From positions 9,734,001 to 9,798,000 of the forward strand of contig OZ059894.1 of NCBI GenBank assembly GCA_964057225.1: a stretch of 64,000 nucleotides of DNA, in the 5' to 3' direction. Positions 53,933 to 64,000 of the stretch are shown here, in pieces. Each line of letters begins with the position of its first letter. Positions within the stretch are counted from its first letter, which is position 1. Both the position numbers and the translations under genes were made by a program. This DNA comes from Auanema rhodensis (Eukaryota; Animalia; Nematoda). The notes beneath the pieces were generated by a model. The model worked only from the letters and a program-made list of their open reading frames with translations, was not told the DNA's origin and ran no database searches.

Positions 53933-55868
53933 CTTAAGATGCTCCGATGATCACTTAGTATCTGGCTCTTCTTCAATTTGCTGCCTTTTCCCCAAACATT
54001 ATCTATTTCGTCACAAAAATCTAAAGAGAACCATGATCAAGCGCAGATACATATGTATATATAGCACTGATACCGTATACTTTCAGGTGCAAAACAGATT
54101 TGTAGGCTCCAGGATGAGTACTTACTACTCTAAGAATGTATACAAACGATTCACAGTTCATAGCCTAGATATGTTAACTGTTGAATGTGAAGAAGAGACA
54201 CAAAAAAAACATTTCTTCGACAACTTTTCTTTCAACAATAGTCAAAAGATCGAAATTATTAAGTTTTGAACTTATGAGATCTAAGAACGCACAAGTCTAG
54301 TGATAAGTAAACGATCTTTTATGACGTAAACATGTATGTACATACATATATCAACGTGAACTTCAGAATCTGGTTTAAAAATGAACCCAACTAAGCTTTA
54401 GCACAAGTGCTTTAGATAGAGAAAAACGTTTGGGATTCACCTTTGACTTGAGAGTGCAAAAAATTCGAAGAATCATGTCTCCTCGGTACTTTCTACCGGA
54501 ATTTTTACAAAAAAAAAAACTTCAAATCATAGTTCATTCATTCATCAAATCTTATATTTGACAACTCTCAAAATGAAACTAAATTTAAGTTGCTTGAACA
54601 AGAATTTCGATATCGAAAAGATGAGATGAGATTGAGAAGTTGATGTTTAATTACATTTTGTAAAGTTAAAATCTTTTTGTTTTAATTCAAATACTATGTA
54701 GTATGTATCGAAATAGGTTATTCCCTGTATTTACTTATGAAACACTACGTTTTGCAGTTCTTTCTTCATTTTTACGTACATTGACCCTGGTAAATGCAAA
54801 TGCACGAGAGTTTTGTATCCGTTATTGAGCAGAAGAAATGAGTTAAGGAGGACAGCAGTTAGTCGTGTCAAAAGATATGGTAATCTGATCTAAGATCTTC
54901 AATGTTTGAAGCTTTCTCTCATTTTTTCTTTTTCTGTGAGCCGACGGACATCATCTAACTGCCTCTCGGTAGCTCTTTTACCAGATAGTTTTTCCCTTCG
55001 ATTATAGATACTTCAATCAGTTTGTCTCACCACTTTCGCGCATAATAGATTATGTGTAATGGAAACAGATGTCATCAAAAGCTTCATTACCGCCTTTCAT
55101 CGTGAAACCATATGCCTTAAACAATATGAATGACATTGAAAGAAATGAAGCTGATAATGGAGAATCTTATACAATTCTCTTTGAAGATTACTACTTAGAG
55201 AAGACTTTTCTCGTACGGCTTGCCGCCAGCCGAGCTAATCTCTATTCATTCCACATTTTGTTTTATTGAACCAAATTATCTAAGAATATTATGTTTTCAT
55301 TAATCATTTAAGGATTAAGCTATACTATATAGTATATTTAGAAATCATTTCAAATCTATTGTCCTTGTAATGAACCATTTTAAATGAAAAACAACTGGCG
55401 GAAAAGAGAAAAAAAAGAAAAGAAGAAGAACATAAAGATTATAATAAAAAAACAATGATCGCGCTCAATAATATATGGCTATTCATATGGTATTATATCA
55501 TTTTTCTTCATCTATTCAAGATTAGTTTGAAATTCTGCAGATGTTTTATCCATAAAAAACATTTACATTCCATATACATACATACATATGGTTATAATTA
55601 TCTTGCAGATCCTTTGTTGGTGTTCTTTCTTCACTTTCTTCTTACCGTTTACAACATTTATTCTGATTTTCTATATTCTTATATATTCATTTCGAGTATT
55701 AACAAGCTTCAACTATAGTTGAAAATACAATTAAGAAAATTAGATAAGAGGAGAAGTTGAAGACAACCGTTTAGTATGCTATGAAAGTTATGAAATAACA
55801 TCATTTGCATGTCCGTCAACGTGTACGTGAACTTTTACGTGAAATGCAAATGAAACTAGAGAACGTTC

Positions 55869-55930
<62 letters not shown>

Positions 55931-57235
55931 TTTACACATTAGATATAAGTTCTAAGTAATTGTCTCTCATGTTGTAACTTAGTCATACATCAATGTTTGC
56001 TTGTAAACAAATGGTATCATACCTTTAGAGAGGATTATGATTGGAAGAGTATTAGAGATAATTAAAAATTGAGAGAGAAAAGAGAAAAAAGTAGCAAAAG
56101 AAGCAGAATATGTGAATGACGAGAAGAAGTCGTTATCCTTATATGATAGATTATGTCAGAATAATAATTGTAAATAGCAGATGTTACTGGTTAGTCAAAT
56201 AACAGGTAAAACTATTACGTCATCTGAGTAATAATTAGAAGAAACAGTAGTCAACGACTGTCATTGATGTGTTGCATATCATGCCTAACTATATATTATA
56301 TACTATATGATATAATCTATTATTATTATTATTATTGCAGATTTGTAGAAACATACTTTGATATTCTCAATGAAAAAGTTGAGAAAATCGAAGAAATTTC
56401 CTATATGTATGGAGAAAGGAAAGAATAACTTTTCTTCCTAATTTCATATTTTAGCTTCTTTTTTTGTTTTTTTTTTAATCATTTTCTCATTTACTGTATT
56501 CATGTTATAAAAATCTTTTCCTTCTTCAAATATCTCATCAAGTATTCATTTCTTTCAATTACTTTACCTTACTAAATAGCCTTAAAACTTTTTCCATTAA
56601 AGGACATCAGGCGGAATAAGCTTTGTTGTTACTGAAAGTTTGTCCTAATCGTGTAAAGTACCGACTCAGATGATCACGGAGAACGGAAGAAAAAGAAAGA
56701 GAGAGAGAGAGAGAGGGAGAGGGAGAGAGAGAGAGAGAATGAGTGAGCTGCAACTGACCTTGTCCTATCTGTCTTTCACTCTTTCTCTGTATGTACAGTT
56801 GAAAATCTCATTTTCCGATTTGATGGCCAGCTTCGGCAAATTCCATTACCAGCCACTTAACCATCCGTCAGTTTTTACCAGATACAATCCGTTTTTTTCT
56901 GTTCATTTGAGATGTTTTTGCACTGTGAGAACGTTCACTGCTACTGTTTAGTAATCAAATGTGTTTGGAAACATAAATGGAATTGTTTCAATTTTGTTTT
57001 TTTTTTGATTTCTCATCTTAAGGAAATGAATTCCATTTGAATTCACTTATCAATAATTCAAATGATAGAAGGACACTACGAGATTATCATAAAAACTTTT
57101 CATTTTCAATCATGAAATCATTTTCTAATAAAATTTTGTGTTCTAACATTAGCTAAAGAATATTTAAAACCGGTCACCTGAAGCACATAGGTTATTCCCC
57201 ACTTCTTTTAGTTCAAACATTAACAAAGATGAAAA

Positions 57236-57266
<31 letters not shown>

Positions 57267-58285
57267 TAGAGAGAGAGGGAGATAGAGAGAGAGAGAGTGA
57301 GAGAGAGAGAGTTAGAGAGGTAAGCTTGTATAAGAAATAAATAGATCTATGATGAAATAGAAGAGTATGGAGAAATAAAAACTGAATGCTTATCATTTTG
57401 ATAAGTGGCTCGAAGTAACCGTCTGAATAATATAATTTTAGATTTTCTTGAATGACAGTGCCAGGTACAATGTCAATTTTTTGATGTTTTTGGCACATGT
57501 CTCACATCAAATCTTAATTTCTTATCAATTAAGTAATAATTCTCACAAATACTAGATTGAAACAAATACTTTATCTTTTCCTTTTTTTTTAATTAGTCGC
57601 CGTTGATAGAAAAACAAAACAAAACAGTTTATCTGTCCAGCTATTTGTATTCAATCACTGCACTCTCAATGAGTAGTCAGTCAGATATTTTTGATCAAAT
57701 GACTCGATTCATTGAAGATTTTTTTTCTTCAAAAATTATTAATGACATCATACAAAAGGTTAATTTCAAATAAAATAATTATAATTACAACAAGATATTC
57801 TAAGATACATTTCAATAATTGAAAATCATTTTATTTCTTTCCTTTCTGCTTTTTTTTTTGAAAATTATCGAGAAAAATCCGGTTAATACGACATACCACC
57901 CGTAAGAGAAATGACCGAATTGCCATAAAAGGCAGTTTTTTATTTGAAAAATAATATACTTCTATGAAATCGTATCAATATGTGTATGTATATGTATTTA
58001 TATAATTGAAATAGACGAATTAATGATATATAGCATTTAATTGGCAAAAAAACGATGAATTCTTTCATATCTATTCAACATCCTCAACTCTCATATTTTA
58101 TATTTTTGGGAGGGCGTTTTTCTGAAATGAGAGGAGGAAGAGACGGACGTCGGTGGGTGGGTGTACGAATGGACGACACCAAGGTGGCTCTCATCTACCG
58201 CATAACGCTAAGATTTTTTCATATATATAATCAGCACAATATAGAATACATCAAAGACTTTGCCGTCGTAAACGACGTCCTCTTG

Positions 58286-58475
58286 ATGAGGCTCTTCGCA
58301 GTCGTTTTTATTCTTTTTTTTTTTTCATTAATCTCCGTCCTCGAGTCAGTCAGGCCGATGACAACAGCCACTACTATTCACAGCAACGACGTTGGTCTAC
58401 ATCTTTTCCACTTTTACCATAGTCTTCTTAGTTAAGCCGCAAAGTCCTTGGATTCATCCTCTCAATCATCTGTAA
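58286..58475 (+). CDS. Candidate 47-aa secreted peptide, two exons
   Basis: MRLFAVVFILFFFSLISVLES (signal peptide-like) then VRPMTTATTIHSND|PQSPWIHPLNHL*, with a 46-nt intron 58391-58436 and TATA-like tatatataa ~60 nt upstream of the ATG. Confidence 0.45.
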
Positions 58476-59909
58476 CAGACAAATCCTATTATTCATCTGG
58501 AGTTCCCATGCCCATCCACTTAAGTCTGTCAACGGCAAATCTATCTATCCGGATATCCGGCAATACATAAAGAGATTATACGGTTGTCTTAGTGATATCT
58601 CAACTTGACGAATATGCTCTGAGTCTTTCTTAGAGCCATACAGTCTTCTGTATTCATCTAACTACATGATTATATACGAATATGTTGAAAAAACCGTCTA
58701 ATTGGAAAGAATGTAATAAGAAAACAATAGCAAATGCCAGATGTTTATGCCTCATCTTCAACTCTTCAAACTTCTACAACCAATCATTTTGCAATTTTAT
58801 ATGATGACTGATGTTCAATGGCTTACCCATTTCAATTCTGATGACACCCTCCATTCTCAAATGCCATATATCATCATCATGCCAGTAAGACTTGAACTAT
58901 CACTTGTATTTCTCATTGACTAGCATTCACTCTTCAAACTCAGTCTTTAACTAAATCCCGGAAACATTTATTGGTTTTTTATTTTATTTTTATTTATTTT
59001 CTCTTCAAAAAGGTTCATTTTATAGTTTATATAGCTAAGCTTTAAACATTTGCTTTTGAATCATTTCCAGATACTTGCAATCTGGCAATTTAATCTTTTT
59101 TTAATTTTAATATTCCAATAATTACAGGAGAATCACTAACAGAAATTTCTAAACTTTAAACAAATGAAAGTATTTTAGGCTTCAAAAATCTCTTATTAGT
59201 CCCACAACTTGTTGAAGCATTTTGACAGACGAGGACAAACTTGATGTTCAACTTTTTTTTTGGAAATGTCGGCATGTTCATCACTCTCTTGTTTTAACAT
59301 TCTATCTCTTGTTGAAACTCATTTCAAGTACTTCAAATTTAAAAATCAGTGGGTAAAAAGTAAATTCAATCAAATTAACTTTTACTTTCATCTAATTTAA
59401 TCATAAAACCCGAAAAGATGAATCGCAATCGTATAAGCATCATCTGATTCAGCTATCCTGCTTCTCAGCAACTTTTATTGGAAGCTATACGTTTAGTTAG
59501 AATCTTTTATGCTTTGAATCTTTCGTTGCACCCGTTCTGTAAGATTTCTGACTCAACGTTTTATATCTTCGCACCCTTTAGTCGTTATTTTAATTGCTAG
59601 AAACCTATTAAAACATCCTATACGACATATTGGAACTCGATATTCAATGCCTCTCTTTCATATGTCAAACTGAAAATATTGTAAGCCAGATCACATCAGA
59701 AGCCTCATACTACTTTCTTTCTTTTCCAACTCTCCTTTCCTCCTTAAACTATTAAACTTTTCGTCTTTTCCTGTTTTATTATAGAATCAAACAGTATTTT
59801 TCTATTCCTAATACCATTTCTGTCTAACTATCAGTGCGTACATTTCAAAAAACTTTTCCTGCCAAATGACAATAATTCATTTTAATTTGACATACAGATT
59901 ATGGGTCTG

Positions 59910-59940
<31 letters not shown>

Positions 59941-61342
59941 CTCTCTATCTGTCCCTCCCTTTCTTTCTCTCTCTCGTGATTGCCTTTTAAGATTCAATTA
60001 CTATCTTCAATTATGAGTTTGTCATATACAGACATGATGTTCGTTTTCATTCTGATTCCAGCTACACATCATTCATCTAGCACTATCTATTCCAAATAAC
60101 ACATACTGTCGTCATTGTTCTTAGAGTGTATGCTCAAACGTTTTTCATGGTAACTTGAGGGTTTCAAGCTGATGCTTAGATGTTTGCTTCAATCATATAA
60201 GTGCCATCATCATTAGTTTGCCTGTTTTTGCTTCTTAAGCCATCTAATTGATGTCTTCAAGTGCCTCCTTGTTCACACGTCGCAGCTAATATGATAGATG
60301 GTCATTGAGTCGTGTTGAGTCCACATGGTCGGCTCATTTCTCAGATGTTTCTGCTAACTATGTACTTGGTTCTAAGTGCGGTTAGAGCAAAAACAAAATA
60401 AATTTCGAGATTGCCACTACTATAGTTGGTCATCTCTGATGACTATCAGTGACTAAATGCTTACCGCCGACAAAACTTTATATAATTACCTATCTATACT
60501 AAACTATATGTAGTTTACATATCAGCTGCACCTGTCCACATGTCTAATGAGCCTCATCCAATACATCTGTCCAGATACTATTATGGCTTATGTGCACAGA
60601 ATACAGATTGCTATCAGCAGTACAGGAGACTAAAAGAGGAATGGAATAGGCAAATGATAGAGTATGCCCAACCGAATATAAGGAAGAGAGAGAGAGAGAG
60701 AGAGAGAGAGAAATTGCTCATAGTGTGTATAGTAATATAGAGCACCTACTACATAAACACTCATACATGTATTCGCTAGCCATTGGCCTATATCGTTCAC
60801 ACTATGACCCTTTCTAATCTTCTAATTAAATTGTCATATTAAGATCATATGCTGTTATCAACTTGTCAGCAATTTTAATGCTTTTGACATGAATCATGTT
60901 GAAACGTCAGCGTATAAGCTCATTTTAATTTTCACGTGAGATTGACGTGATAATTATTTAATCATGCAATTAAACGGAAATCGGTTGTTTTTTTATGATT
61001 TCTTCTTTTCCACACCTTTTCACTCCCTCAAAAATAAGTTTTTTCTTCTTCTTGGATGCTAAGTCAAGATTTTTGGATTTATTTCTCTTTATATAGTATA
61101 CGGATGACGTTTGATATTATAATCTGGGTGTGAAGTGGAAGCCTTTTCATAATATAATACTTGAGATGGCGCAATGTAGCGGCTTAGCTTTATATTTACC
61201 TGTGTGCTACTTTGAATCCAAATATGAGAGCGGATGAGCAGCAACTCGTTATTAGGTAATCACAGCACGTCAACTTGATACAATTTCAAGAGACGGAGGC
61301 TAATGAGCCGAATGAAAAATAAAAGAGAGAGAGAAAGAGAGG

Positions 61343-61375
<33 letters not shown>

Positions 61376-64000
61376 GTGGGGGGGGAGGATTGGGAGTGAG
61401 AGAAATGGCGGTACCGGATATTCAAAAATACCAAACGTTCATTTAAGTTGGCAAAATGTTTAACATAAATAAAATATTAATAAAACGTAAACCAGAGACA
61501 TTAGCCCTGTCAATTGAAAATATCGTTGATTGACCGTTCCAACTAATCCTGTCCTGTCAATCTTGTACAGGAAACTATCGTACATGTAGTCAGTTAGGTA
61601 TTGCCAATAGCAGCAAACAATTAGCGGATTTGCATCCGATACGTGTCGTTAACCGTCAGAAGAGGATTGAAGTGTTGATTTGAAACATTTGAAATCAGCA
61701 TATATCATCAATCTGTCAGTTATTCATGCAAATGTTCAAGAAAGTAGTTGAAATTCTCATGTTTCTTCTTTTTGTTTCATGGAAACAATATCTTTGTTAG
61801 ACAGAGGAATATCCATTTACTTGTCGTTGAACGATAGTTGATGGCTTGCGAAACGTTTTGTCATTAATCCAGCCAAGACAACGAAAACGACAAAACTTAT
61901 CTTCTTCGGTATGATCTGCCGTCTTGTCGTCGTTCTTGTCGTTCGTTCGCTTCCGTCCGTCCGTCAGTATGTTCATGTAAATGCGTTGTCGAAATGTGTG
62001 AAAGCTGTCTGATTGATGATATCGTTTGGCAGTCTGATGTTCAAGAGCTTCTAATGTATTTGAAAAATGTTGTCTTCTCCTTTCAAACTACACTCTTTCT
62101 TTCCGGCCTATTTTAGTCGTAATTGAATGTTCATGTTATGAATGGCCTCTTCAGACTTACAAAAAATTCAGCAGTTCATCAATCTAATCAGATGCCATAC
62201 ATCTCATTTCCAGCCATATACATTCCCGGCTGGCTCTTCGTCTTTCTTGTCTCTTGGTGTTCGTGAGAAGGGATAGAGAGAAAGAAGAATCCTGATGTCA
62301 AAGGTTGTGATGATGATCGACGCACGATGGAGACGATGCCAGCCATGGACTTGATTAATACATCCTATACATGGTCTACTCACATTTCTCATCACGTTCT
62401 CCATCTATCTCGTTGTTGTCGTGTTAATACTTTAGCAAGGCCTTATTCGGCTAAAGCTGCTGCTATCCTTTCCATTGACTTTCAGCTTTCCCTGCCATAA
62501 ATTTCTTTTTTTTTTCAACTCTTTTCACTCTTACATTCACTCTTTCACAAATCTCATATTACTTTTTTGTATTAGAATCTTCTAAGTTGCCATTCGTCTG
62601 AGGAGGTTGGGTCAGCTCCCTGACCCGACTTTTCTCAACTCGATGCAATGGTTTTAGGGCCCGCCCCCTATCACATCTCACAGACTTGCCACAAACGCAT
62701 CATCTACATAAACTTGCAAGAGGTGGATCATCTTCCCCACTACTCTTACCCATTACTTCAATTTTTTATATATTTATTGATGATTTTTTTCCAATAACTA
62801 TCTCAATTCAATTTCTTATTTCTTATTTTATTTTGAAAAACAAGTCCAACAACTAATCAGTTGCTATATCTACTACCTTACTTCTACATTTAACTTCAAA
62901 AATCTGCCGCTTATCTAATTGAAAAACTCTCTTTCATGACAGTTTTCAGCATTGTGTACGTTAAGCATATCCGTACTGCTATTTTTCATGCCTAACGAAC
63001 TACTCATGTCATGTTTCATTAGCTGAAGAATAGTAATTCGACGTATGTCCCAGCGTATTATCCTCTTCCGCACTTAGATCCATTCGGTTTTACTCTACCA
63101 CAACTCACATTATACAGCCATATACCTCTATATGACGATATTATGACAATGGAGAAGCTCTTTTCAATGTCATCCTCTCTAATTGGAATTTTTAGAGAGG
63201 AAGAACAAGAAAAAGAAAGAAGAATTGTGAGTAGAACATCATTTGGTCGGAGAATTGCATGAAAACTGAGAGAGTTAGAACATACTGATATGTGTTCATA
63301 TGTGTTCGCCATGTTTTTTGGCTAACCCTCAACGTATTCTTGTATTGTCCTCCATTTTCTTCTTTTAATTAACCAAACATCCTTCACACTCAGGTTATCC
63401 CTCTCTTCTCATCCCTTTATATTCATCAACTTTTTTTCTCTTTTTCTCTCAATTCTCTTAATATCTTATCTCTCACTGATGCTATTCTGTAATTAGATAA
63501 TTGCTCAATCACATAGATTGTGTCTGTTTGTCTGTACCTGTCGTAGACAATCTCTGAGTGTATCTTGGATGCCGACGTTCATTAGGTGAAGACAGTTCTC
63601 GTGTTCATTCAGGTGTAAAACTGTCAATTTGCGTTCGTCAAGCGACGTCTTCTATCGCTGTCGACCTCTGCTGTCGCCTCCTTAATAGTGAATCAGCAAT
63701 TCTGCCTTCCTCATATCTGCATGTTCGTTTCCTCTCTTCTTTCTTCTTTTTTTTTCTTTCTTATGAATAATTTGTTTTTTATGCTTTTAGCAAGGGATTG
63801 AATCTTCAAATATCTGTTCTATCTCTTCGTTCTATCCTCCTGATTATTAGAGTTCAGCTGATCTTTTTCTAAAACATTCCATTAACTGTTCCATCGTTGT
63901 ACAGTCGATGTCATATGCTACCTGATCATCAATTTCAGCTTCAGAATTGCAGACACATATCAATGATCATAATTTTGATGCTATCCTATAACTAATATAT

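Larger units (their letters stand above)
42699..61374. repeat. Dispersed (GA)n/(TC)n microsatellites (e.g. 42699-42738, 43163-43210, 43673-43720, 43865-43907, 48931-48977, 49463-49510, 52950-53008, 55870-55925, 57236-57310, 60685-60710, 61324-61374)
   Basis: Directly visible dinucleotide tracts; further tracts at 23853-23903 and 24240-24276. Confidence 0.95.

Noticed and set aside
40322-63770. Many 60-140 aa ORFs rich in F/L/S or ERERER
   Set aside because: These are translations of T-rich DNA and (GA/TC)n microsatellites, with no domain or splice support.

Overview
Eukaryotic, AT-rich genomic DNA from a rhabditid (clade V-like) nematode. The signs are many 40-55 nt GT-AG introns with TTTCAG-type acceptors, acceptors placed directly before ATGs (trans-splicing signature) and operon-like gene spacing. 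Bases 1-22.7 kb hold the 5' part of a giant muscle titin gene (ttn-1-like, minus strand, runs off the window). It has about 21 Ig domains, a 5.6-kb symmetric giant exon, a stop-containing alternative terminal Ig exon, and a P/E/K/Q/T-rich 31-aa repeat exon built as a 651-bp higher-order array. Bases 26.4-39.6 kb form a compact gene cluster: a dhs-22-like SDR (-) with an antisense small membrane-protein gene nested in an intron, an uncharacterised multi-exon gene (-), GPATCH11 and CWF19L1 (+, probable operon), and a myristoylated glb-6-like globin (-). Bases 39.7-64 kb are gene-poor and rich in (GA/TC)n microsatellites. They contain two candidate orphan small genes, two hairpins and copies of a dispersed ACGTGAACT motif. 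All gene models were spliced by eye and all orthology calls come from recalled C. elegans sequences; no database searches were run.
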